Shown here: piece by piece, positions 9,983 through 23,426 of the stretch
Layout: every line of letters starts with the position of its first letter
Position numbering within the stretch: position 1 is the stretch's first letter
Assembly (NCBI GenBank): GCA_913050095.1
Contig: CAJXAV010000004.1
Location: 1 to 61,599, forward strand
Origin: an uncultured Gammaproteobacteria bacterium
Lineage (GTDB): Bacteria > Pseudomonadota > Gammaproteobacteria > Poriferisulfidales > GCA-002705445
DNA length: 61,599 nucleotides
Direction: 5' to 3'
Position numbers and translations under genes: made by a program
The notes under the pieces: generated by a model
The model's database searches: none
The model's input: the letters and a program-made list of their open reading frames with translations, nothing else
What the model was told of the DNA's origin: nothing

Positions 9983-11347
9983 CTATTTAGTTTTTCTTTT
10001 TGAGGACGATTCTAGATTCAAAGATTCTCTATACTTTGCAACGGTCCTTCTAGCAATATTTATGCCTTGGTTTTGCAATATATAAGCAATTTTATCGTCA
10101 CTAAATGGTTTATTTTTATTTTCAGCATTAATAATTTTTTTTATCTTTTCTTTAATAGATTTTGAGGATAAATCATCACCAAGATTATTAGATAATGAAC
10201 TTGAAAAAAAATATTTTAATTCAAAAATTCCATAAGGCGTCTCCATATATTTTCCGTTTGTTAGGCGAGATACCGTCGACTCATGAACATCAATACTCAA
10301 AGCAATTTCTTTTAAATTCATTGGCTTTATTTCTTCTACACCTTTATTGAAAAAATCTATTTGTTTTTCAAAAATGCTATTAGATATTTTTATAAGAGTG
10401 TTATTTCTGTAGTCTATATTTTTAATAAATAATTTTGCTTCTTGCAAATTATTTTTTAAATATACTTTATCGTTATCTGAAATATTTTTTTCCGACAAAT
10501 TTATATAGTTTTTATTTATCGTAATTTTTGGAGATATTAACTTATTTAGCTTTACTACCCATTTGGAATTTTCTCTCGAAATTTTTACATCCGGGATTAT
10601 ATAGTCTGATTGTTTTTTATTTATAAAAGCTGAGCCAGGTCTTGGGTTTTGTGTCTTTATTAGCATATCAATTTTTTGTATTTCTTCCTTGTCTAGACCT
10701 AAATCTTTTTCAATTTTATTGAACTCTTTATTTACATACTCTTCAAAAAATTCGCTTATTACAACAAAAGCTTTACTTTTAATATAGTCTTCTGCTTTAT
10801 CGTTATTTAATTGTACTAACAAAGATTCTTTAATATCTTCACAACATGATCCGATAGGATCAAGATTTTGTAATAAGTGCTGAATAGCTATAAGTTCATC
10901 TACAGATATTTCTGAAGAACTATAAACATCATCATAAATTTCAAAGATTTTTTTTATTAAATAACCATCTTCATTTGTATAATCTATAATAGCCTCAGCT
11001 ATACCTTTATCTTTATTGCTAATATTAAGCAAATCAATTTGCCATATTAAATGTTTTTTTAAACTATCTTCTTCAGATGTAGTTTTTTCTATAACTTCAG
11101 ATGTAGAGATAACATTATCATTGTTTGGCAAGGGATTATCTTTGTAATGACTATAGTGTTCTTCACATGAATTTTCCTCGTACTCTTCACAAGCATCTTC
11201 TTTTTCAATCAAAGGGTTTGACTCAAAAATATTCTGTATTTCTTGGTTAATTTCTATAGCAGAATATTGTAGAAGTTTTATTGCATTTTGTAATTGTGGA
11301 GTTATTGATATTTTTGATGATTGTTTAGTTGTAAGATTAAATTTCAT
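9983..11347 (-). CDS. rpoN: RNA polymerase sigma-54 factor
   Basis: 454 aa. N-terminal LQNAIKLLQYSAIEI, acidic region II, C-terminal HTH and RpoN box (ARRTVAKYRE). Sits downstream of lptB as in the canonical cluster. Confidence 0.9.
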   Translation of the reverse strand: MKFNLTTKQSSKISITPQLQNAIKLLQYSAIEINQEIQNIFESNPLIEKEDACEEYEENSCEEHYSHYKDNPLPNNDNVISTSEVIEKTTSEEDSLKKHLIWQIDLLNISNKDKGIAEAIIDYTNEDGYLIKKIFEIYDDVYSSSEISVDELIAIQHLLQNLDPIGSCCEDIKESLLVQLNNDKAEDYIKSKAFVVISEFFEEYVNKEFNKIEKDLGLDKEEIQKIDMLIKTQNPRPGSAFINKKQSDYIIPDVKISRENSKWVVKLNKLISPKITINKNYINLSEKNISDNDKVYLKNNLQEAKLFIKNIDYRNNTLIKISNSIFEKQIDFFNKGVEEIKPMNLKEIALSIDVHESTVSRLTNGKYMETPYGIFELKYFFSSSLSNNLGDDLSSKSIKEKIKKIINAENKNKPFSDDKIAYILQNQGINIARRTVAKYRESLNLESSSKRKTK

Positions 11348-11370
11348 TATAAAAATTATTATATTAAGAG

Positions 11371-12096
11371 TTACATTTTAAAATTATCACCAAGGTAAAC
11401 TTTTTTAACTTTTTCATTTTTGAGAATATCTGCTGAATTTCCTTCAGCAATTATTTTGCTATCATTCAATATATATGATCTATCACATACATCTAAAGTT
11501 TCTCTTACATTATGATCAGTTATTAAAATACCAATATTATTTTCTTTTAAATTTTTTATTATTTCTTGAATATCTATAACTGAGATTGGATCTATTCCAG
11601 CAAATGGTTCGTCTAATAAAATAAACTTTGGGTCAGATGCAAGGGCTCGGGCGATTTCGGCTCGTCGCCTTTCACCTCCAGATAAACTCACTCCCATAGT
11701 GTTTTTAATGTGCTCAATATTAAATTTATTTAATAAATAATCTAACTTATATTTTTTTTCCCTGTCGCTTATATCATTTCTTTGTTCTAGGATTGCAAAG
11801 ATATTGTCTTTTACACTTAAGCCTCTAAAAATTGATGGCTCTTGTGCCAGATATCCTAACCCAAGATTCGCTCTTTCATCAATTGATAATGAAGTTATAT
11901 TCTTTTTGTTAAGAAAAATCTTACCGGAATTTGGAGAGATTAAACCAGTTATCATATAAAAACATGTTGTCTTGCCTGCGCCATTAGGTCCAAGAAGACC
12001 AATAACTTCTCCAGTATTTACTTCTATAGATACCGAAGAAACAATCTTTTTTTCGCTGTACTTTTTTGATATGCTTTTTATAGTTAGCTTATTCAT
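11371..12096 (-). CDS. lptB: LPS export ABC transporter ATPase LptB
   Basis: Walker [10 protein letters not shown], signature LSGGERRR, Walker B ILLDEP. The ORF track begins at a TTG (12114). I prefer the ATG at 12096 (MNKLTIKSI...), which overlaps the lptA stop by 8 nt. Confidence 0.9.
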   Translation of the reverse strand: MNKLTIKSISKKYSEKKIVSSVSIEVNTGEVIGLLGPNGAGKTTCFYMITGLISPNSGKIFLNKKNITSLSIDERANLGLGYLAQEPSIFRGLSVKDNIFAILEQRNDISDREKKYKLDYLLNKFNIEHIKNTMGVSLSGGERRRAEIARALASDPKFILLDEPFAGIDPISVIDIQEIIKNLKENNIGILITDHNVRETLDVCDRSYILNDSKIIAEGNSADILKNEKVKKVYLGDNFKM

Positions 12097-12580
12097 TATC
12101 TTTTTTTGGCTCAAGAGTCATTTTAACTCTTGATTTTCCTTCTTTATCCCCCGCCATTATATTTTCACTATCCGTTTGGTATATAATTTTATTGCTTCTA
12201 ACTGTGTTATTTGACTGCGTCAACACCGCTTTATTTAAAAAAATTATTTTTGCCTTATCAGCATAATATTCAATTTTTTTGGACTCACCATTCACGATTT
12301 TTCCATTGCGGGTTTTTTGTCTATATGTTGCTTTTTCACCAAAAACTGTCATTTTGTTTATTTCATTATTTTTTGAAGTTACTATTAATAAATTTCCAGT
12401 TAAAACCATGCTTCCTTGGGTAACCACTACATTCCCTCTATAAGTACTCTTTTGAGATTCCTCGTCCCATTTAGCAGAGTCAGATTCTAAAAATATAGGC
12501 TTGTCTTTGTCAGACTCATAAGAGTGTGCAGGTAAGCATATAATCATACATACATAGATAAATATGAATTTATTCAACAT
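12089..12580 (-). CDS. lptA: LPS transport periplasmic protein LptA
   Basis: OstA-like repeat pattern (PIFLESDSA...[10 protein letters not shown]...[13 protein letters not shown]...KIIY). Signal peptide starts at the ATG at 12580 ([20 protein letters not shown]). The track start at 12616 is a GTG inside lptC. Confidence 0.8.
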   Translation of the reverse strand: MLNKFIFIYVCMIICLPAHSYESDKDKPIFLESDSAKWDEESQKSTYRGNVVVTQGSMVLTGNLLIVTSKNNEINKMTVFGEKATYRQKTRNGKIVNGESKKIEYYADKAKIIFLNKAVLTQSNNTVRSNKIIYQTDSENIMAGDKEGKSRVKMTLEPKKDNE

Positions 12581-13136
12581 GTTTACCTCTTGTTTCTTCA
12601 AAAAGTATAAATTCACCTTTCATCAAACTACTTTTCATTCCCACTCCATTTAAAAATGAATTATTTTTTTTTATATAAACTTTTGCATCAGTAACCGCTA
12701 ACTGTTCATTTAGGTATATATATATTTCTTCAGTGTTTAATTTTAAGAAAGGCTCTTCAAGTTTTTCTTTAAAATACATATTTACATCGCCGGATAATTT
12801 TATATTTTTTCTTTTATAAGCGATCGATCCAAATTTAGAAATAACTTTTGTTGGCGGCTTGTCTTTTCTAAACAGTAAGATTTTAGGATAACTAACCTCA
12901 ATAGATTCGCTTTTGTAAAATTGCTTCATTTCTGGTCCAGTCACAGTATACAAAGGTGATCCATCATCATCCATAGCTATATATTTGACTTTTGTAAACA
13001 TATTATCTGGCTTTGTTTTAATATTATTCGAGCTTATATCAAGAATATCTTCTGCTTTGTTATTTATAATTAGCGCGGAAACACAACCTATAATAATTAT
13101 TATAAAATTGAACAAATTTTTCTTTATATAATTCAC
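12570..13136 (-). CDS. lptC: LPS export system protein LptC
   Basis: 188 aa with a single N-terminal TM anchor followed by a beta-jellyroll-like region. Position between kdsD and lptA is conserved. GTG start 3 nt after the kdsD stop. Confidence 0.65.
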   Translation of the reverse strand: MNYIKKNLFNFIIIIIGCVSALIINNKAEDILDISSNNIKTKPDNMFTKVKYIAMDDDGSPLYTVTGPEMKQFYKSESIEVSYPKILLFRKDKPPTKVISKFGSIAYKRKNIKLSGDVNMYFKEKLEEPFLKLNTEEIYIYLNEQLAVTDAKVYIKKNNSFLNGVGMKSSLMKGEFILFEETRGKHVE

Positions 13137-13139
13137 TCT

Positions 13140-14120
13140 TTAGTTTATTCCAGAATTAATTAAAATATGCATATTTACAGCACCAATAATTTTATTTTTA
13201 GAATCAAGAACAGGCAAGGAATTAACTTTGTTTTTCTTCATAATATTTAATATCTCTGTTGCATAATCCTCCTGATAACAAAATAAAAACTTCTTCGTCA
13301 TAATATTTGTTATAGGTGTTTCATGAATATCCAAGTATTTTTCAATTGATCTTCTTAAATCTCCATCAGTAAAAAAACCAATAGCTTTGTTATTTTTATT
13401 TGAAATGATGACACAACCGAGGTTTTTTTTGGTCATTTCTATTAAAGCGTCCTTGAATTTTTTTTTGTCTAATAATCTAGGTATGTCTTTGCCTTTTTTC
13501 ATCACATCTTTAATTTTCAAATTCAAGTTTTTTCCGAGTTTTCCACCAGGATGGTTGCTTGCAAAATCTTTTGATTTAAAATTTTTCATTTTCATTAGAA
13601 TAACGGCGATTATATCTCCTAAAACTAATGTAAGTGTTGTGCTTGATGTTGGAGCAAGATTTAGCGGGCAAGCTTCTTTATTGGTATTAATATTTAAAGA
13701 AATATCTGATTCATCAAAAATTCTTGATTTACTTTCACCACATAAACTTAAAATTATGCAACCAATTTTTTTTAAATTCGGAAGTATTTGTATAATTTCT
13801 GGTGTGCACCCTGAATTTGAAACTAAAAGTATAATATCATTTTTATTAATCGCTCCCATATCACCATGCATTGCCTCACTTGGATGAATGAAAAAGGATG
13901 GAGTTCCTGTGCTAGAAAAAGTTGCAGAAAGCTTTTTTGCTATGTGCCCAGATTTGCCAACACCCAAAATTATTAGCTTTCCTTTGCAATTAAAAATTTT
14001 TCTACAAAATAAATATAATTTTTTATCTAAAGTTTTCTTTAGGCTGTTTATGGCAGAAACTTCTAATTCTATTGTTTTTTTTGCTAAATTTAGCGCATCA
14101 TTTTCTTGAAATTTAGGCAT
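13140..14120 (-). CDS. kdsD: Arabinose-5-phosphate isomerase KdsD
   Basis: 326 aa with an SIS domain (GVGKSGHIAKKLSATFSSTGTPSFFIHPSEAMHGDMG) plus tandem CBS domains. Confidence 0.9.
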   Translation of the reverse strand: MPKFQENDALNLAKKTIELEVSAINSLKKTLDKKLYLFCRKIFNCKGKLIILGVGKSGHIAKKLSATFSSTGTPSFFIHPSEAMHGDMGAINKNDIILLVSNSGCTPEIIQILPNLKKIGCIILSLCGESKSRIFDESDISLNINTNKEACPLNLAPTSSTTLTLVLGDIIAVILMKMKNFKSKDFASNHPGGKLGKNLNLKIKDVMKKGKDIPRLLDKKKFKDALIEMTKKNLGCVIISNKNNKAIGFFTDGDLRRSIEKYLDIHETPITNIMTKKFLFCYQEDYATEILNIMKKNKVNSLPVLDSKNKIIGAVNMHILINSGIN

Positions 14121-14259
14121 AGTTATTTATAAAAATTATATTTACTTAATTATATAAGAAAATATAAGTTATATCTCGTAAATTCTATAGAATGCTGATA
14201 TAAAAACGTAATAATGATAGAATTTAACTTATATATATGTACTTCTTAACACCAGTATT

Positions 14260-16761
14260 ATGAAAATCTTTGATAAAGTAATAAATTTTTACGATTATTT
14301 TACTATTGAGAGACCATTTCTATTGCTCTCTCTAGCATTATTAATAATTTCTTTTTTCTCATTAAGTATTAAAGATTTTAAGATGGATGCTTCCGCAGAT
14401 TCCTTGGTCTTAGAAAATGACCAAGCTTTAAAATATTATAGAGCAACTAGCTCAAGATACTCTACAGAAGATTTCGTGGTTATTACATTTAAGCCAAATG
14501 ATGGGATATATAATAAAAAATCTTTAGAAATGCTGGACTCATTATCTAAGGATCTGCAAGATAATATTCCTGATATAAGTAGTGTGCTAACAATACTTGA
14601 TGTTCCATTACTAAATAGTCCAAAAATTGGGTTTACAGATCTCGCTAAAGAACAAAGAACATTACGAACAAAAAATATTGATTTGGAGTTAGTAAAAAAA
14701 GAGTTTGCAACAAGTCCACTTTATAAAAATTTATTAATGAGTGAAGATTCCACAACTACAGTTTTAGTTGTAAATTTTACTAAAGATAATGAATATTTTA
14801 AATTACTAAATCAAAGAAACGACTTAAGAGAAATTAGGCTAACAAGACAACTTACAGAATCGGAAAAAAAATCTCTTAAAAAAGCAGAAAAACAATTCAA
14901 GGACTATAGCGCTTCTCATGCAATTAAAGAGAAAAAGAACATAAAAAAAATTAGAAAAGTAATTGAAAAATATAAAAGTAATGCTTCCATGTTTTTGGGA
15001 GGTGTACCAATGATTACTTCTGACATGACAGATTTCATTGCACAAGACGTGAAAAAATTTGGACTTGGAGTTTTTATTTTTTTAGTTTTAATATTATTTA
15101 TAATTTTTAAAAGTATTAGGTGGATTTTTATACCTCTATTTGGCTGTATAATTTCTGTAATTTTTGTAAGCGGATTAGCTGGATTTATAGATTGGCGAAT
15201 TACCGTAATTTCTTCAAACTTTGCTGCAATTTTACTAATCATAACCATGTCGATGACTATTCATTTAGCAGTAAGATATAGAGAACTAAAAGCAAAAGAT
15301 CTTAATCTAACGAAAAAAGACGCAGTGTCTGAAACAATTCACTATATGTTTGTTCCTTGCGTATATACATCTTTAACAACAATTGTTGCTTTTATATCGC
15401 TTGTTGTTAGTGGAATAAGGCCTGTTATTGATTTTGGTTATTTGATGACTTTTGGAATAATTTCTGCATTTATAATTACATTTATTGTTTTTCCAACCGT
15501 TTTAATGCTTTTGCCAAATGAGAGTATTTTTGAAAAAAATGACATAACAAAAAATATTACAAATAAGTTTGCAAATTTTTCATTAAATAATTATGGAAAA
15601 ATTATTTTAGTTGCTACTTTGATTTCAGTTGTTAGTATTTTTGGAATATCAAAAATTAAAGTTGAAAATAGATTTATTGATTATTTTCATTCTGATACTG
15701 AGATTCATCAAGGAATGCTTGAGATTGATAAAAAACTTGGGGGCACAACTCCATTCGACATTATTATTGACAAACCTAAATTAGCTTTAGATGAAAAAAT
15801 TATTGGTGAGCAAGATGATGATATGGAATTTGATGAATTATCAGAGTTATTTGGTGAAGAAGATGAAATTGCTGGATATTGGCTAAGTAAACCAAAGTTT
15901 AAAGAAATAGAAAAGATACATGATTATTTAGAGTCCCAGCCAGAAACTGGTAAAGTATTATCCTTAGCTACATTATATAAATTAGCAATAGGTTTAAATG
16001 ATGATGAGCCCTTATCTGATTTACAGATTGGCGCTATAAAAGATTCACTTTCAGACGAAGTGAAAGATGTATTATTCGACCCATATTTGTCAGAAGACGA
16101 AACACAAACAAGAATTACATTAAGAATGATAGATTCTAATGAAAATTTAAATAGAAAAGAATTTATTGAAAGAGTTGAAAATTTTTTATCTAGCGAGATG
16201 AGTTACTCTAGTGACAGATTTAATACAACAAATATGCTTGTTCTATATAACAACATGCTGCAAAGTTTGTTTTCTTCCCAAATCCAGACGATTGGTTTTG
16301 TATTTATATCTATAATGCTCATGTTTATTATTTTATTTAGATCATTCTATTTGGCATTAATAGCTATTATTCCAAACATACTTCCTGCAACACTCGTCTT
16401 AGGTTTTATGGGTCTAAAATCAATACCTTTAGACTTAATGACAATTACAATAGCTGCTATAAGTGTCGGTATAGCTGTAGATAATACAATACATTATATT
16501 ATTAGATTCAAAAGAGAGTTTTATCAAAATAATAATTATTCCAAATCAATACAAATATGTCATGGAAGTATTGGAAAAGCTATGTATTATACCTCTTCAA
16601 TAATTGTAATTGGTTTTTCTATTTTGTCTTTATCAAACTTTATACCTACAATATATTTCGGACTTTTGACGGGCTTAGCAATGTTAACAGCACTTTTAGC
16701 CTCATTGACTTTATTGCCGTCATTATTAATTATCTTTAAACCTTTAGGAAAAGAAAAATAA
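14260..16761 (+). CDS. RND-superfamily MMPL/HpnN-like (COG1033-type) exporter
   Basis: 833 aa. Two repeats, each with one TM, a large periplasmic loop and five TMs. Sequence character matches MMPL-domain 'predicted RND exporters' (GVPMITSDM, SNFAAILLIITMSMTIHL, ITIAAISVGIAVDNTIHY). Confidence 0.8.
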   Translation: MKIFDKVINFYDYFTIERPFLLLSLALLIISFFSLSIKDFKMDASADSLVLENDQALKYYRATSSRYSTEDFVVITFKPNDGIYNKKSLEMLDSLSKDLQDNIPDISSVLTILDVPLLNSPKIGFTDLAKEQRTLRTKNIDLELVKKEFATSPLYKNLLMSEDSTTTVLVVNFTKDNEYFKLLNQRNDLREIRLTRQLTESEKKSLKKAEKQFKDYSASHAIKEKKNIKKIRKVIEKYKSNASMFLGGVPMITSDMTDFIAQDVKKFGLGVFIFLVLILFIIFKSIRWIFIPLFGCIISVIFVSGLAGFIDWRITVISSNFAAILLIITMSMTIHLAVRYRELKAKDLNLTKKDAVSETIHYMFVPCVYTSLTTIVAFISLVVSGIRPVIDFGYLMTFGIISAFIITFIVFPTVLMLLPNESIFEKNDITKNITNKFANFSLNNYGKIILVATLISVVSIFGISKIKVENRFIDYFHSDTEIHQGMLEIDKKLGGTTPFDIIIDKPKLALDEKIIGEQDDDMEFDELSELFGEEDEIAGYWLSKPKFKEIEKIHDYLESQPETGKVLSLATLYKLAIGLNDDEPLSDLQIGAIKDSLSDEVKDVLFDPYLSEDETQTRITLRMIDSNENLNRKEFIERVENFLSSEMSYSSDRFNTTNMLVLYNNMLQSLFSSQIQTIGFVFISIMLMFIILFRSFYLALIAIIPNILPATLVLGFMGLKSIPLDLMTITIAAISVGIAVDNTIHYIIRFKREFYQNNNYSKSIQICHGSIGKAMYYTSSIIVIGFSILSLSNFIPTIYFGLLTGLAMLTALLASLTLLPSLLIIFKPLGKEK

Positions 16762-16809
16762 AATAGCTTGCTTCTTGAAGAATGACTTGTTTATGTGAAA
16801 TAATGCATT

Positions 16810-19306
<2,497 letters not shown>

Positions 19307-19315
19307 CGAGATAAC

Positions 19316-20374
19316 ATGACATTAAAAACAGATGACTTAAGAATTATAGAAATGCAAGAGCTAAGTACTCCCGAGGATGTAAGAGATGAGATCCCTTTAA
19401 GTGAGCAAGCTATTAAAACAATTCTTGACTCTAGAAAAAATATTGAAAATATTTTAGACGAAAAAGATGACAGGGTTTTTGTTGTTGTAGGCCCGTGTTC
19501 AATTCATGATCCAGTCGCTGCAATAGAGTATGCGAAAAAATTAAAGAAAGTCTCAAATGATGTCTCGAATAATTTACTTATAATAATGAGGGTATATTTT
19601 GAAAAACCTAGAACAACAATTGGGTGGAAGGGCTTAATAAATGACCCAATGCTTGATGGAAGTTTTAAAGTAAATGAAGGATTAAGAATCGGTAGAAAGC
19701 TTTTATTAGATATTGTCGATTTAGATATCCCAACTGGCACGGAATATTTGGATTTGATAAGTCCTCAATACATCTCTGATATCATTAGCTGGGGAGCAAT
19801 TGGAGCAAGAACAACAGAAAGTCAATGCCACAGGGAACTTGCTTCAGGTCTATCATGCCCTGTTGGATTTAAAAACGGAACAGACGGCAATTTGCAAATT
19901 GTATTTGACGCAATTAAATCAGGTTCAGGATCACATCATTTTCTTTCAGTTACAAAAAAAGGAAATTCAGCAATTTTTTCAACCAGTGGGAATAAATATT
20001 GCCATACTATATTAAGGGGCGGATCAAAAAAAGTGAATTACGATGAAAAAAGTATTGACGAAGTTTCTGCAAGACTTGATAAAGCTAATTTACCTCAAAG
20101 AATTGTCGTTGATTGTAGTCATGCAAATAGTATGAAAGATCACAAAAAACAAATATCAGTTGTGGATAACATTGCTTTTCAATTAAGTAACGGGGAAAAA
20201 AGAATAAAAGGTTTAATGATAGAAAGTAATCTTGTAGAGGGTAATCAAAATATAAACGACTCAAATCTTATTTATGGAAAAAGTGTCACCGACGCATGTA
20301 TTGGCTGGGAGGACACAGAAAAAGTTTTGTATAAATTATCAGAGGCTGTAGAAAAAAGAAAACTTAATGGTTAA
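19316..20374 (+). CDS. aroG: 3-deoxy-D-arabino-heptulosonate-7-phosphate synthase, class I
   Basis: 352 aa with GPCSIHD, EKPRTTIGWKGL, and the DCSHANS metal/PEP site. Isozyme specificity (G/F/H) cannot be told from sequence by eye. Confidence 0.85.
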   Translation: MTLKTDDLRIIEMQELSTPEDVRDEIPLSEQAIKTILDSRKNIENILDEKDDRVFVVVGPCSIHDPVAAIEYAKKLKKVSNDVSNNLLIIMRVYFEKPRTTIGWKGLINDPMLDGSFKVNEGLRIGRKLLLDIVDLDIPTGTEYLDLISPQYISDIISWGAIGARTTESQCHRELASGLSCPVGFKNGTDGNLQIVFDAIKSGSGSHHFLSVTKKGNSAIFSTSGNKYCHTILRGGSKKVNYDEKSIDEVSARLDKANLPQRIVVDCSHANSMKDHKKQISVVDNIAFQLSNGEKRIKGLMIESNLVEGNQNINDSNLIYGKSVTDACIGWEDTEKVLYKLSEAVEKRKLNG

Positions 20375-21686
20375 TATTAAAAAAATTAGTTCTACCGATA
20401 AAGATTTCGTTGAAACTTTACAAGAATGTATTTCTTCAAGAAAAACAAATTCCCTTAAAACAAAAAATATAGTAAAAAATATTATTGAAGAAGTTAGGAA
20501 TCATAGAGATAAGGCTTTGATAAAATTTTCAAAGGATCTTGATAATTTCTCTGTAAAAAATATAAATGAATTGGAAATCTCTAGAGATATGATTTCTTCT
20601 TCAATTAATAAAATTACAAAAGAAGAATTAGAAGCCCTTAAATTTGCAAAAAAAAGAATACAAGAATTTTCTAACAAACAAAAATTAAAGTCTTGGGAAT
20701 ATACAAGCGAAGGCATTAAATTGGGGGAAAAAATTAGCCCCATTAGTAAAGTAGGAATTTATGTACCTGGAGGATCTGCAGTTTACCCATCAAGTGTTCT
20801 GATGAATGCAGTACCAGCAAAAGTTGCTGGAGTGAATGAAATTATTATGGTGGTCCCATCTCCAAATGGTGAAGTGAATAATTTAGTTCTTGCTGCAGCA
20901 TTTTTAGCTGGTGTAGACCGCGTTTTTAGAATAGGAGGAGCACATGCTGTCGCTGCTTTAGCATTTGGAACAAAAACTATACCAAAAGTTGATATGATTG
21001 TAGGACCAGGTAATCAATTTGTAGCAGAAGCAAAAAAAGAATTGTATGGTGATGTAGGTATAGATAATTTTGCGGGGCCATCTGAAATTTTAGTTATTGC
21101 AGATTCCTCAGCTAAGATTTCCTGGATCGCTTCAGATTTATTTGCGCAAGCAGAGCATGATCAATTGGCTCAATCAATATTGATTTCTCCAGATAATGAT
21201 TTACTAAAAAAAGTGGAAGAATTTATGTTAGAGAAAATTTCATCATTAGACAGAAGCGATATAATTAAATCTTCATTAAATAATTTCGGAATATTTATAA
21301 AATGTAAAAATATAGAAGAGGCAATTAAGATCTCAAATGAACTAGCCCCAGAGCATCTTCAACTATCTGTTAAAGATGGTAATAAATATGTTGATAAAAT
21401 TGAAAATGCTGGAGCTATATTTATTGGAGAAAATAGTCCAATGGTTTTTGGTGATTACTGCGTTGGAACAAATCATGTTCTGCCAACCGTGGGGACAGCA
21501 AAATTCTCTTCGCCTTTAGGTGTATATGACTTTCAAAAAAGGTCTAATGTTATTCAGTGCTCCGAAGAGTCTTCAAAAATACTATCAAAACATGCTGCTA
21601 TTATTGCAAATGCTGAGGGTTTATCATCTCATAAAGAATCCGCAACCTTAAGAAATTATAAAGAAAATAGTGATCCCGATGAATAA
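20367..21686 (+). CDS. hisD: Histidinol dehydrogenase
   Basis: 439 aa, full-length HisD-like (GGSAVYPSSVLMNAVPAKVAGV, AQAEHD, APEHL). The start overlaps the aroG stop by 8 nt. Confidence 0.95.
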   Translation: MVNIKKISSTDKDFVETLQECISSRKTNSLKTKNIVKNIIEEVRNHRDKALIKFSKDLDNFSVKNINELEISRDMISSSINKITKEELEALKFAKKRIQEFSNKQKLKSWEYTSEGIKLGEKISPISKVGIYVPGGSAVYPSSVLMNAVPAKVAGVNEIIMVVPSPNGEVNNLVLAAAFLAGVDRVFRIGGAHAVAALAFGTKTIPKVDMIVGPGNQFVAEAKKELYGDVGIDNFAGPSEILVIADSSAKISWIASDLFAQAEHDQLAQSILISPDNDLLKKVEEFMLEKISSLDRSDIIKSSLNNFGIFIKCKNIEEAIKISNELAPEHLQLSVKDGNKYVDKIENAGAIFIGENSPMVFGDYCVGTNHVLPTVGTAKFSSPLGVYDFQKRSNVIQCSEESSKILSKHAAIIANAEGLSSHKESATLRNYKENSDPDE

Positions 21687-22755
21687 AAAAATAATTAATT
21701 TTTTTAGAGAAGACATAAATTCATTGAGTGAATATGAAGTTTTAGATTCAAAAAATATGATCAAACTCGATGCGATGGAAAATCCATATGATATAGAAGT
21801 TAAATTAGAAATGGATATAAACCAAAATTGGCAGGAAAATGTTAATTTAAACAGATATCCAGATGCAGATTGTCAAAATTTAAAAAAAAATTTATTAAAA
21901 AATTATAGCTTAAACGAAGATTATGATTTTATAGTTGGCAACGGCTCTGACGAGTTAATACAAATTATTTTTCATGCTTTTTTAAAACCAGAAAATATCG
22001 TTTTGCTACCAAAACCATCTTTTAGTATGTATAAAAAAATTGCTCAGGTTGTTGGCCTTAGGTTTGAAGAAATTTTGCTAAAAGATAATTTTGCTTTAGA
22101 TATAAATTTAATGCTTAAAAAGATTGAGGAGCTAAATCCTGCGCTGATTTTTTTAGCATACCCAAATAACCCAACTGGAAATTTATGGGATAAAGAAGAT
22201 ATAAAAAAAATATTACTAAAAGCAAATGGTCTAGTTATTATTGATGAAGCATACGAGGCTTTTTCTGGAAAATCTTTTATTGACCAATTAAAAGATTTTG
22301 ACAATTTATTAATAATGAGAACCCTATCCAAAATCGGTTTTGCTGGAATTAGATTAGGCTATTTATTTGGACAAAAATATATAATCAGGGAGTTAAATAA
22401 ATTAAGGCTACCATTTAATATTAATTCTGTATCTCAAAAAATGAGTCATATTTATTTTAAAAATAATAGTTTCTTTTGTGATCAAGCAGAAGAAATTATA
22501 AAAAATAGAGAATATTTGCAAGATGAAATGACTAAAATACAGCATATAAAAGTCTATAAATCTAAGACTAATTTTATACTTTTTAAAGTATTAAAAAATT
22601 CTGCTGATCAAATCTTTAATGACGTTTTGAGCGATAAAATTTTGATTAAAAATATGACAGAAACTCCAGGCTTGGAAAATTGCTTAAGAGTCACAGTTGG
22701 AACTAGAGAAGAATGTGACTTATTTATACAATCCTTGAAAAATTCACTAATATAA
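21679..22755 (+). CDS. hisC: Histidinol-phosphate aminotransferase
   Basis: Class II aminotransferase with the PLP-lysine segment LSKIGFAGIRLGY. The track start at 21670 is a GTG. The ATG at 21679 (MNKKIINFF) is preferred. Confidence 0.85.
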   Translation: MNKKIINFFREDINSLSEYEVLDSKNMIKLDAMENPYDIEVKLEMDINQNWQENVNLNRYPDADCQNLKKNLLKNYSLNEDYDFIVGNGSDELIQIIFHAFLKPENIVLLPKPSFSMYKKIAQVVGLRFEEILLKDNFALDINLMLKKIEELNPALIFLAYPNNPTGNLWDKEDIKKILLKANGLVIIDEAYEAFSGKSFIDQLKDFDNLLIMRTLSKIGFAGIRLGYLFGQKYIIRELNKLRLPFNINSVSQKMSHIYFKNNSFFCDQAEEIIKNREYLQDEMTKIQHIKVYKSKTNFILFKVLKNSADQIFNDVLSDKILIKNMTETPGLENCLRVTVGTREECDLFIQSLKNSLI

Positions 22756-22785
22756 GAATTTTTCACACAAAAATTTATTTCAATA

Positions 22786-22794
22786 TGCTAGAAT
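22786..22794 (+). promoter_or_regulatory. Putative extended -10 promoter (TGcTAGAAT) for petABC
   Basis: TGCTAGAAT lies 48 nt upstream of the petA ATG, in the only sizeable spacer after hisC. No convincing -35 element. Confidence 0.3.
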
Positions 22795-22841
22795 AGCGCC
22801 AAGTTTGAAATATTAGGAATATTGAAAAGGAAATTTTATCT

Positions 22842-23423
22842 ATGTCTAGTGACAACCCTGACAATGGCAGAAGAAAATTCTTAACAGGTAGTTTATCGTT
22901 AGTTGGTGGAACTGGCGCAGCTGCAACTTTATGGCCTTTTTTATCATCGATGGCGCCTAGTGCAAAAGCTAAAGCTGCCGGTGCTCCGGTTAAAGTTGAT
23001 ATAAGCAATCTTAAAGAAGGCGAGAAAATTGACCTTATTTGGAGAAAAAAACCAATTTGGGTTGTCAAAAGAACAAAAGATATGCTTGATAGTATAAATA
23101 CAAACGAAACTAAGCATAAAGATCCAATGTCAGATAATACTGACCAACAACCAGATTTCGCAAAAAATAAATTTAGATCTTTGAAGCCTGAAATATTAGT
23201 TTTAGAGGGTGTTTGTACACATCTTGGATGTAACCCGGCTTATAAACCTGGGGAAAATAAATTCTTTTGTGCGTGTCATGGTTCAAATTTTGATTTAGCC
23301 GGAAAAGTTGCTAACGGTAGTCCGGCTGGCGCAAACTTAAAAGTTCCTCCATATAGATTTGAAGATGAAAATACATTGATTGTTGGTGAATTACCTGGAA
23401 GTAATGAAACAAAAAAAGGTTAA
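22842..23423 (+). CDS. petA: Ubiquinol-cytochrome c reductase Rieske iron-sulfur subunit
   Basis: Tat-type signal GRRKFLTG. Rieske boxes CTHLGC and CACHGS. Confidence 0.9.
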   Translation: MSSDNPDNGRRKFLTGSLSLVGGTGAAATLWPFLSSMAPSAKAKAAGAPVKVDISNLKEGEKIDLIWRKKPIWVVKRTKDMLDSINTNETKHKDPMSDNTDQQPDFAKNKFRSLKPEILVLEGVCTHLGCNPAYKPGENKFFCACHGSNFDLAGKVANGSPAGANLKVPPYRFEDENTLIVGELPGSNETKKG

Positions 23424-23426
23424 CGA

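Noticed and set aside
19735-19751. TGGCAC hexamer resembling a sigma-54 -24 element, noted because rpoN is in the window.
   Set aside because: It is internal to the DAHP synthase coding sequence and is not followed by a TTGC(A/T) -12 element at the required spacing.
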